Origin: Plasmodiophora brassicae
Taxonomy: Eukaryota
Assembly (NCBI GenBank): GCA_036867785.1
Contig: CP145416.1
Span: forward strand, 1,302,001-1,366,000
Direction: 5' to 3'
DNA length: 64,000 nt
Within the stretch, counting starts at the first letter, position 1; the number at the start of each line of letters is the position of its first letter. Positions 1 to 9,249 of this stretch are shown piece after piece. The notes beneath the pieces were generated by a model. That model saw only the letters and a list, made by a program, of their open reading frames with translations. It did not search any database and was not told the DNA's origin. The translations under genes and the position numbers were made by a program.

Positions 1-1295
1 CATCTGCACTGAATCCTCGCCATCGCACCAGAAGTTCCACTGTTCGGTTGCTGTTGTTGACTCTTGCATCGCTGATGCTCTCTACCTCCCATGTGGAATC
101 GTCATACGCGATCTGTGCTTTGAGTTCCTCGGTCAGGTTGAGGTTGCTGTCCGCATAGAGGTGCACTCTGCTTCCGTGTACAATTCGGGTGTCACCGATG
201 ACCATGTTCTTCACTTCGAATACGTATCCACGTTCAGCATTGATAATCTGATATGGGCCTTTCCATTTCAGAAACAACTTTTCACCAGCCCGTTCCAGCT
301 CCTTGCTGATTAGGACATATCACCCAATCCGAAGTTGATCTTCAGTCCGCTCTCTGAAGCCTTCTGCCTCCGGGGATTCCTCTTGGCTTCTGTTCCCTCG
401 GCAACCTCCTTGTGCATCATGGCTAATGCCTCAATGAATTCGTCCGTCAACTTGACGATTTCCTCAGTTGCCAGTGGGTTTCTGCCGAACCAGTTCTCCT
501 GCCAGATGGTGTGTCGTGTTTTCTGCCAGTGTTGACTGTGATTGGCGCTCGCCGTTCTAGTCTCTTCTGAGGGCGGTGGTTGAGTGTGTATTCAACGAGC
601 TTGAGCAGCCATGACCACTCCTCTTTCTGCCACCTCACATGAGAACAGATCTCTCGTAACAGTGCCAATATGTGCTTATTAACAACTTCTACAGTTCCGT
701 TTGGGAAATGCGTCCATGCTGTTGTCCAGTGCTGCTCGACACCGCACAGCTTGTTGTATTCCCGCATGAGTTCCGACGTGAAGTACGCCGCCTGGTCGGA
801 CACAATGTCGGGCGTGCCGGATGTTGTACTCCATTCCATCAGGGTCTGCACGGTTATTAGCGTGTCCGGCACCGCTGCTGGTACCAGATGCACCAAACCC
901 GAGAAGTCATCTTTCAGTGCTAGGACCCACTTGAAATCATTGGCGACCTGCTGCTCTTTGGTCGGCATGATGTACAGGAAATCCATGTGTACCACCTGTC
1001 CCGGCGCTGTTGCATGACACGCCCTCCCCAATGGCCTGTGGATGATGTTCTCTGCTCTGGTTGGGAGATAATGTAAGCACCCTTTGCAGATGCGCTTCCC
1101 ATCCTTCCTCATTCCCTTCCTGTAGAACTGCTCCTGTAGGATGCTGGTTGTCACGTTCATTTCGGTGTGGGCTAGTCCACCCGTATGCGTGATCACTGTT
1201 ATCCTAACTCTAAGGTCAGTGCCGGCGTGTGGAATGATCGCTTGTCCCTGACTGTTGACTCGTCAACCCTGTCTTCTCATCCTCTGCCAGTAGGC
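1..1295 (-). mobile_element. Degenerate Ty3/Gypsy LTR-retrotransposon pol fragment (integrase + GPY/F + chromodomain), runs off the window
   Basis: Minus-strand translation shows an HHCC zinc finger (HTGGLAH...CKGC), the DDE core (HMDF, SDQA, NGTVE), KLFLKWKGPYQI, then a chromodomain-like WEVESISDARV...ELLVRWRGF at the window edge. Frameshifts near 320 and ~500; no RT/RNaseH recognisable upstream of ~1295. Confidence 0.9.
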
Positions 1296-1720
1296 CAAGA
1301 CCACCAACACCACCCAGAACGAAGAACAAACCCGCACTGCTATGCGACCAATTACGAGATCTCGCGGTGCAGATTACCCTGCCCCGCCAAGGCCACAGGG
1401 CCTAAATGTTATGGGTGCCCGACAGCCCAGTAAGTGTCGTTTAGGAGTTTTCTTAGGGGATCACTTGAGCGGGTTGGAAGGCGAAGGGGCGCCTGTAAAT
1501 TAGGTGACCACCTCCCACAGGGGGGGGGGGGGGTGGATGTCGTAAGTAGTATAGTCAGATCAAACACAGTGAGGGAAATCAAAGTCTACGAACCTGTGGG
1601 GTGCTCAATGATCCCTCAGACTCGTCCCATATTCGCCAATCTGCGAGATTCCAGCACAGGTGACATGCCGGCACTGGCAGGCCGGGAGAAGCTGACGTCC
1701 CGGAAGCTGATCCTACGGTC

Positions 1721-1782
1721 CTCGGACCCGAGACCGAGGCGCCTGCATGAAAAGCGCGAAACACAAATAAACTAAACAAAAC
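1721..1782 (+). repeat. Copy 1 of a short repeat resembling a non-LTR retroposon 3' end
   Basis: ctcggacccgagaccgaggcgcctgcatgaaaagcgcgaaacacaaataaactaaac closely matches the reverse complement of 5241-5306 and ends in an A/C-rich tail. The 5' extent is unknown. Confidence 0.7.
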
Positions 1783-2038
1783 TGATTCCGGTATTCGTCG
1801 ACCCATTGGTCTCCGTCACCGCTCCCGACACCCGGCTTCAGCGCGTCTAGTCGCGCTGTAACCTCAGCCAAGTCATCGTCCACCATCGGCACCGATTCGC
1901 GCGTCGTCCTCGCAGCCATCGACCTTAGTTACCTGACTACAGTGATCACTTGTCGTATTCCTGCTGTGGCAATCTGCAGTCTGTTTATCCAGCCTCGACC
2001 ACAGCTCACCGAGTCCGGAAGTCCTGGCCAGCCCTGCT

Positions 2039-2821
2039 CTATGGCATGTGCCCCAACATGCCACAGGCGGCATCCTTCACGTTCCCCGCCATCGCATTGC
2101 TCTTGTCCTGGACGGTCTTCCCGAGCAGGCCGTTCTGGGCGGCAACCAGCATCACAGCAAGTGCTACCGCCGTCGATACGCCGCGAACCACCTTGTTGTT
2201 GACGACCGCTGGTGGCGGCCTCAACTGGCCTTCGAGTCCAGCAGAGTTCCAATTCGTCGAACGCACCCAGTTGCCGATCGTATCGCGCAGCGCGTTATAC
2301 CGGGTCTGGACGCCGGCCAAGGCACTCCCCACAAGAGCCGCGCTTGGTTTGTATGGAACAAACGAGCCAATACTCATCGACGCATGTGCCTTGTAGACGT
2401 CCTCCACGCCTTTAATCTTGTCACAGACCCTCTTCATCTTATCACCACTCCCGGGATCGGCCATGAACGCCATAGCAGCGACCATAACCTCTTTCAAGAA
2501 CTGATGAATCTGTTCAACGTCACCGGACTCAATGTCAAGCAACGCGATGGCCTGTTTTTCCAAGCGAAGCTTATCCTCCTCCCTGATCCCATGAAGGCTG
2601 AGAGGCGCGATCGCCGCGATGAACTCTGTCTTGGTGATGCGCGTCCCGTGATCAGCCGTGTCGTCCTTGTTGCCAAGGACGTGGCCCGTACCGACAATGT
2701 GATCCTTCTCCGCAGCGGTGACGTACTGCTCCTCGACAGTGAGATTGTCCGACTTGACAGCGCCGACGACGGCAACAGCTACGATAGCCGCTGCAGCAAC
2801 GGCCCACGTCGACAGCGACAT
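2039..2821 (-). CDS. Putative secreted/membrane protein of unknown function (paralog of 4657-4998)
   Basis: Signal-peptide-like MSLSTWAVAAAAIVAVAVVGA; ~260-aa ORF; helical domain aligns by eye with the 4657-4998 protein. The 3' end may be spliced differently. Confidence 0.65.
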   Translation of the reverse strand: MSLSTWAVAAAAIVAVAVVGAVKSDNLTVEEQYVTAAEKDHIVGTGHVLGNKDDTADHGTRITKTEFIAAIAPLSLHGIREEDKLRLEKQAIALLDIESGDVEQIHQFLKEVMVAAMAFMADPGSGDKMKRVCDKIKGVEDVYKAHASMSIGSFVPYKPSAALVGSALAGVQTRYNALRDTIGNWVRSTNWNSAGLEGQLRPPPAVVNNKVVRGVSTAVALAVMLVAAQNGLLGKTVQDKSNAMAGNVKDAACGMLGHMP

Positions 2822-3179
2822 CCCCACAGCCCCACGTCAACGAAATGAACTACTCGACGATGCAGCAAGAGGCCCTTTTGCTTGACTGGCGCCTGTCTGG
2901 CTCGATCGGATCGGAAACCCGCGCGGCATTCGCGGTGGGGCCCGACGAGAATTCCGCTACCGACTATATTCCTCCCCCCTTCCCCCGACCCGATCCCACG
3001 CCCCGGCAGCCGTCCGAGCCCGCTGCGATTAATCGCGGCGTGGTCCATCGGGGGTCTTTGGGGGTGCAACCGGGCCCCAGGTCATGGCCCATCGCTTCGG
3101 GCGCAGCGTCCCTCGACCGGGGCTCCGGTGTCCATCGCGCCCCTTATAACCCGTTATACCCATTACAGGCGACAACAAC

Positions 3180-4643
3180 ATGCAGTCCAACTACTACTTG
3201 GTCACGTTGGCGGTCATTGCGACGCTCATGGCGTTCAGCGGCGCGGTCTCCATCCGGGAATCTGTCGCGGAACGTAACGAACACCGGTTCCAGAAGATGC
3301 ACCGGTTCGCCACTACCGTGTGGGCCACGACGCTACTTGCTGTCTGCTGCCTCCTAGCGCATGCGTCCGCGTGCCTTGCGATGATCCTGAACAAGCAACG
3401 GCCCGTGTCCGGGTTCGCCGTCGTCTTCGCTGCTCATCTGTCCATCGCCGCCTTCGTGTTCTCCTTCTCAGGTATCATTGGTGCCGTCGCCCTGGTCGTA
3501 TTGGCCGCGGTTGCCAGCGCGCTCACCTGGGCCTTCTTCCGCCCAACAACGTTCGCGGTCGTTGCACTTCTGCTTTCGGCAGTCTTCGCGGTCCAGGCGG
3601 TGCAGGAGTGGCGATCCGCTGAGTTCGACCCGTACCTGGTTCTGGATTTCACCAACCGCAACCAAATCGACGAGGAGCACATGTCGCTGACATTGTCAAA
3701 GACGTTGGCCCTGATCTACGCCATCCCAACGCTGGCGACGCGTCTGCAACTGACGCACCTGTTCAAGTACGTCAGCGGGAGGGCCGGCCCGGTCTACTCG
3801 CGACGTCTGCAGACGGATGCCGAGAAGAAGGTCGCCATCTACGACGAGTTCATCGCTCCGCTGCATGTCAACATGTCGCTGTTCGAGCGACAGGACTACA
3901 GGCAGTACGAGTCGGTCAACGACTGGTTCGCCCGGTCCATCCGCCCCGAGGAGCGCCCGTTCCGCGCGAGCCCACCCCGCGCGCGCCCTTCCAACCGTAA
4001 TCTACTTCTGATGGGTATCGGTTCGCCTGCTGATGGGCGCATCCTCGTGTTCCCCCGCCTCGGCAGGGATGCGCGTCTGTGGCTGAAACACGAACCGCTG
4101 GCCGTGCACGACTTGCTGGGCGGGGAGCAACTTCCGGAACGGTTCCGGTCCCTCGATTTCACCGACGGCTATGCCGCTGTTGTTCGTCTGGCGCCCCAGG
4201 ACTACCATCGCGTGCACGTCCCGCGTGCGGCCCGCGTTCTGCATCAGTACTTGGTGGACGGGCCGTTGCTGTCGGTCAGCGCGATTGCAATGCGATCCGG
4301 GAACGGGGCCATCTACAACAAGCGCCTGGTAACGATCCTGCAGACCAGGGACTGGCTGAATCGCACGGGAACCTACATCGTCGTTTCGATCGGGGCAACC
4401 GCTGTCGGATCAGTGTCATCCGTCGTCAGCGAGGGCGATGTCGTTGCAGGTGGCGACACGCTGCACGAGTTCCGTTTCGGCGGGTCCACCACTGTCGTCC
4501 TCTTCCCGAACAGCCAGCTCATGATCTGGAGCCCCAGGCTAGTCGACAACTCGCGGGCCGGCGTCGAGACTCTCGTCCGCCAAGGGGATGCAATCGGCAC
4601 GACGTATTGGTTCGGCTATCCCGATATTCCACCGAGTCCATAA
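3180..4643 (+). CDS. PSD: Phosphatidylserine decarboxylase proenzyme (GGST type) with a multi-TM N-terminus, intronless
   Basis: Motifs YESVNDWFAR, SPADGR, RLAPQDYHRVH, IGATAVGS and the autocleavage motif FRFGGSTTV. The first ~140 aa are several hydrophobic helices. Confidence 0.92.
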   Translation: MQSNYYLVTLAVIATLMAFSGAVSIRESVAERNEHRFQKMHRFATTVWATTLLAVCCLLAHASACLAMILNKQRPVSGFAVVFAAHLSIAAFVFSFSGIIGAVALVVLAAVASALTWAFFRPTTFAVVALLLSAVFAVQAVQEWRSAEFDPYLVLDFTNRNQIDEEHMSLTLSKTLALIYAIPTLATRLQLTHLFKYVSGRAGPVYSRRLQTDAEKKVAIYDEFIAPLHVNMSLFERQDYRQYESVNDWFARSIRPEERPFRASPPRARPSNRNLLLMGIGSPADGRILVFPRLGRDARLWLKHEPLAVHDLLGGEQLPERFRSLDFTDGYAAVVRLAPQDYHRVHVPRAARVLHQYLVDGPLLSVSAIAMRSGNGAIYNKRLVTILQTRDWLNRTGTYIVVSIGATAVGSVSSVVSEGDVVAGGDTLHEFRFGGSTTVVLFPNSQLMIWSPRLVDNSRAGVETLVRQGDAIGTTYWFGYPDIPPSP

Positions 4644-4656
4644 ACGGGCGGTACTG

Positions 4657-4998
4657 TCAGGTTTGCAGCAGTTCATTATAGAGCATCTGCAGGCGGTCGG
4701 CCTTGTGCAAGAGCGTCACCGTCATGTCGTCGTCGTCCGGGTCGAGCAGGAACCCGTTGGCAGCGTCCATCATCTCCTGCAAGCACTGTTGAACCGAATC
4801 GACATTCTCGTGCAGGTCAAGCAGATCCCTGGCCTGGTGTGCGACCTCGTACGTGTCGACAACCCCGAAACGCCCTAGTGGCCCGATCAACGTCAGGAAC
4901 TGTTTCAGAGTGACGCGGTCCGGCTCGGCGGCGCCGCCGGCGGCCACTGCCACGACGGACGCTGCAACGACAATCCACATCGACGACGACGATCCCAT
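4657..4998 (-). CDS. Small secreted protein, candidate effector (paralog of 2039-2821)
   Basis: Signal-peptide-like MWIVVAASVVAVAAGGA (alternative ATG at 4980); ~113 aa; stop lies 13 nt from the PSD stop. Confidence 0.65.
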   Translation of the reverse strand: MGSSSSMWIVVAASVVAVAAGGAAEPDRVTLKQFLTLIGPLGRFGVVDTYEVAHQARDLLDLHENVDSVQQCLQEMMDAANGFLLDPDDDDMTVTLLHKADRLQMLYNELLQT

Positions 4999-5240
4999 AC
5001 TGCTCAATGTCTACGACTCTCGGGACTGTCAGGCGCCCTGCGCTTGAAGGCCACTGAGTCCCGGAAGATTCCGCACAACCGACGCGATCCGATCCGACCG
5101 CAGAAGCGACACCCGAGCCGGCGACGCCTGCGCTCGGCCCCAACGCTGAACGCAGGCCTGCCCGTCACCTGGGGAAGCAGCGCTCATTAAATCGGGTTCC
5201 GATGCCAACCCGCGTCACGAATGCTGGTTTCCTCATCGAA

Positions 5241-5306
5241 GTTAAGTTAAGTTAAGTCTATTTGTGTTTCGCGCTTTTAACGCAGGCGCCTCGTTCTCGG
5301 ATCCGA
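5241..5306 (-). mobile_element. 66-bp 5'-truncated non-LTR retroposon (SINE/LINE 3' end) insertion with a 14-bp TSD
   Basis: Flanked by exact direct repeats gtttcctcatcgaa (5227-5240, 5307-5320). On the minus strand it ends in (TTAAC)3. A related copy lies at 1721-1782. Confidence 0.8.
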
Positions 5307-6312
5307 GTTTCCTCATCGAACCCGTGACACCCATTTCACGCGGCAGTGCACAGGAACGCGTTGACGATCACCAGCGGTGCTTCGCGCGTTCAGCTTCGCG
5401 CGATCGGCCATGAGCACATGACCATGGTGCAATCTCTGGTGACCGCTGGCGTCTGCGTCTGCGTGCCGTTCCCATGGCCCCGAACCTGGAAAGCCCTGCC
5501 TCCGGGTTCGCTGTCGCCTCCATTGCTTACACGCCGACTGCCGCTGGCTTATTCTCGTTTTAAACCGGAAGTCCAACGGGTGGCTGGTAACTATACATCC
5601 TGCAAACCTCGTACGGGGACGTACCTCGTCGTATCGGTTGGGGCAGGAGGCCCGTCGGCGGATCCATCCCTGCCGTCCCGTTCCCAAACTCCGACCGAGG
5701 CGACGTGCTGATTGGCGGTGACTCCCGCGTGGGCGTCGAGGCGCGCTCCACCAATGGGGGCGCGCCTTCGTGTCGGCGCGCCGTCCAGACCCTGCCCAGC
5801 AATGTCCCCGTGCGAATCGTACGTGGCGTGCAATTCTGGTCAGATGGACTGCATGAGGGGCGGCGCGGAAGCTGGGCTCGTCTACGTTTTGCCTAGCTCG
5901 GAATCTCCACCATCACGACGCCACGTTTCGCTCAGAGGTTATCGGTGGTGTGTGCAGCAAATGCCCGTTACCACAATCATCGCCTCGTGTCTGACGACCG
6001 ACGGCGCAAGGGCGGATGGGCACCATGTCCAACTTCCGGTTCGTTCGAGGCGAACCTCTAGCAGTGAGGCTCAGCGTCGTCGTTTTCCAATCTATCATTT
6101 TACAAAGTTCAAATGCGATCGTTTCCGGGCATCCCCCAATACGTTGAGCGGACTGGAAAGTTCCTCTGCGTGGCGTGCTGTTGCTGCTGCTGCTGCTGCA
6201 AAACTGTCGGCGGGTGCGTGCGTGGCGCGTGGGGAGCGCGGCGGCGGCGCGGACTGCGGGGGAGCTGCAGCAAGGCCCGCGCCCTGCGCCGTCAGTCGTC
6301 AGAGACGGGGCG

Positions 6313-7763
6313 ATGATTGGTGGGTTCCGGGGCGCACGCCTGCTCGGACGCCGTCTACCCAGGTCGTCGCGTATCGCCGGCACCCGGGCCACGTTCTTCG
6401 GGTCGCCCTACACCAACGACAGCAAGCAGCGCGACCATTACGACGTGCTCGGCGTCAACAAGAACGCGTCGGCCGCCGACATCAAACGCGCCTACTATAA
6501 ACTCGCCAAGCAGTTCCATCCAGATTCCAACCCGGACCCGTCCGCGAAGGAGAAGTTCACCGAGATCAACAACTCGTATCAGATTTTAGGCGACGAGGAG
6601 AAACGCAAACAATACGACCAGTCAGTCAGCCACACGCGCCTTCGTGCGTCGTCAACCTCGTACGTGGTTCTAACGTTCGCCTCCAGGTTTGGCCATGCCG
6701 CCGAGCAGATGGAGGGCAGCGGCGGAATGCATCCAGGAGCGGCGGTAATGCGAAACGGGGGGTATTGCTAGGGCGGATCGCGGGTAGTGACCAATCTTGT
6801 TTGTACGTCCAGGGCGCCGAAGACATATTCTCCGCGTTCGAGCAGATGTTCGGCGGCGGTTTCCGAGCGGGCGGCCGGCCACGTGGCGCCGAGACTCGCC
6901 GATCGTCGAAAGGCGCCAACATCCAGGCGACCCTCAACCTGTCGTTCATGGAAGCCGTCCAGGGCATCTCCAAGGTATCGCGTTTGCGCCGTCACCCGCT
7001 CGTGACGCGTCGGTCTCTGACGCGCCCGCCGCCGTAGGACGTCTTCGTCAGGCGGCACGCCGGCTGCTCGTCGTGCAGTGCCACCGGCGTGCAACCCGGC
7101 ACGAAGCCGCGCAAGTGCTCCCGGTGCGGCGGGTCGGGTGAGATGGCCGTCGCCCAGGGCATGTTCCACATGGTGATGCCCTGCGATCAGTGCGGTGGCG
7201 TCGGCCAGCGCAGCACGCCGTGCTCGTCGTGCGCCGGGTCCGGCCTGAAACCGGAATCGGCCACGGTCCGCGTCACGATCCCCGCCGGCGTCGACGACGG
7301 CACGACGGTCCGCGTTGTCGGGCAAGGCGACGAAGGCGTGGGCGGCGGCGGCCGCGGCAACCTGTTCGTCCAGATCGGCGTCGCCGACCATCCCGTCCTG
7401 TCCCGTGACGGTCCGGACGTCCACGTTGGTGTTGACATACCGTTCACAACGGCGATCATGGGCGGGATGATCGAGGTGCCGACGCTGACCGGCCAGGCCG
7501 ACTTGAAGGTCCCGGCGGGCACACAGCCGAACGCGAAACTGCTGATGCGCGGCAAGGGCATCGCCGACGTCAAGCGGCGCGGGTACGTCGGCAACGAGGT
7601 CGTGCACCTGAACATCACCATGCCCGACTGGAACGACATGACGCCCAAGATGAGGGCGGCCCTGGAGGAGTACCAGCGCGAGGCCGAGCGCGTCCACCCG
7701 CAGAAGTCCATCGTCCGCAAGCTGAAAGACTTCCTCAAGGGCGGCGGCGCCAGCAGCGGCTAG
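6313..7763 (+). CDS. dnaJ: Mitochondrial type I DnaJ/Hsp40 (Mdj1/DNAJA3-like), 4 exons
   Basis: Arg-rich presequence; J domain with HPD (FHPDSN); G/F region; CxxCxGxG repeats; C-terminal domain. Introns at ~6621-6687, ~6745-6812 and 6976-7037. Confidence 0.95.
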
Positions 7764-7960
7764 CCCCGACGCATTCAACCCGTATTCGCATGATGTATTC
7801 GACACGTGGTTGTGTCTGTGCTCAGGTACATCGTCCCGTCGTGTACGTAGTGACCGGCGGGGTACAGACCGCGGGGGGACGCGCCCCCGAAGGCGCCACT
7901 GGGTTGCGCGCCACGAATAGGTCCACCTCGCGTGATTCGTGGCCGACACCACACGCAACG

Positions 7961-9210
7961 ATGGCGGTTGCTGCGGGCCGGCATCCGGTCATGTTCCGGG
8001 CGATACGGCGGTCGCTGTCGACGGCGGCGACGACGACGACAACGCAGATGAACCTGTACACGGCGCTCAACGATGCGATGCGGATCGCGTTGGAGACCGA
8101 CGACACCGCCCTGCTGTTTGGCGAGGACGTCGCGTTCGGCGGCGTGTTCCGCTGCTCCGTCGGGCTGAAGTACCCGCGCGTCCATTGCGAATCGTGTGCG
8201 ACGCCCGCCGATCTGACCTGGGGCGCGTCCGCCACCGCAGGGACCGGTTCGGCAAAGAGCGCGTGTTCAACACGCCGCTGAGCGAGCAGGGCATCGCCGG
8301 GTTCGCCATCGGCCTGGCGTCCAACGGGCACACGGCCATCGCCGAGATGCAATTCGCCGACTACATCTTCCCCGCGTTCGACCAGGCACGTACACCTAGT
8401 GGGCGTGTCGTGGATCAGGCGCGGGCCCGACTAACGCGACGCCCGCCACACAGATTGTGAACGAGGCGGCCAAGTACCGGTACCGGTCGGGCAACGAGTT
8501 CGACTGCGGGCGCCTGACGATCCGGTCGCCGTACGGCGCCGTCGGCCATGGCGGCCTGTACCACTCGCAGTCGCCCGAGGCGTACTTCGCGCAGACGCCC
8601 GGCCTGAAGGTCGTCGTTCCACGCGGGCCTCGACAGGCGAAAGGCCTGCTGCTGGCCTCGATCCGCGACCCGAACCCGGTCATCTTCTTCGAGCCGAAGG
8701 CGCTGTACCGGGCGGCCGTGGACGACGTCCCCGTCGACGATTACACGCTGCCGCTCGGCGAGGCCGACGTGCTGCGCGAGGGCGCCGATGTGACCGTCGT
8801 CGGGTACGGCGCCCAGATGCGCGTCCTGGCGGCGGCCTGCGACATGGCCGCCGCCCAGGACGGCATCACCTGCGACCTCATCGACCTGCAGACCGTCCTG
8901 CCCTGGGACGCCGACACCGTCGTCCAGTCGGTCACCAAGACGGGCCGGTGCGTCGTCAGCCACGAAGCGCCCGTCACGGGCGGGTTCGCCGCCGAGGTCA
9001 GCAACGCCGACCGGGGGTGGGGGACCGTCCGCCATGCTGACGACGAACCAGGTGTGTGCCACCATACAGGCGGAGTGCTTCCTGTCGCTGGAGGCGCCCA
9101 TCCAGCGGGTCTGCGGGTACGACACGCCGTTCCCGCTGGCGTTCGAGCGCGTCTACGTCCCCGACACGCTCAAGTGCTACGAGGCGATCAAGGCCGCCGT
9201 CAACTTCTGA
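7961..9210 (+). CDS. BCKDHB: Branched-chain alpha-keto acid dehydrogenase E1 beta subunit, multi-exon
   Basis: [68 protein letters not shown]. Alternative start at 7991; contains a GC-AG intron at 8386-8453. Confidence 0.95.
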
Positions 9211-9249
9211 TACAACCCGTCGTATTTAGTGTCCGTTATGACGACCGGA

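Noticed and set aside
1518-1560. G-run followed by TGTCG, resembling a polypurine tract plus LTR start
   Set aside because: It is on the wrong strand and side for the adjacent minus-strand Gypsy fragment, and no second LTR copy is in the window. Left unresolved.
1721-5306. Inverted repeat pair as TIRs of a 3.6-kb transposon carrying PSD and the secreted genes
   Set aside because: The right copy has its own 14-bp TSD and tandem tail, so it is an independent insertion. No shared TSD flanks the pair.
6176-6199. (GCT)n tract; similar microsatellites at ~37724-37743, ~39562-39577, ~41208-41222 and ~47596-47610
   Set aside because: Short simple repeats in non-coding DNA; ordinary.
5346-6300. ORFs 5346-5711 and 5712-6500
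   Set aside because: No recognisable motifs and non-ATG starts; likely intergenic or UTR sequence upstream of DnaJ.
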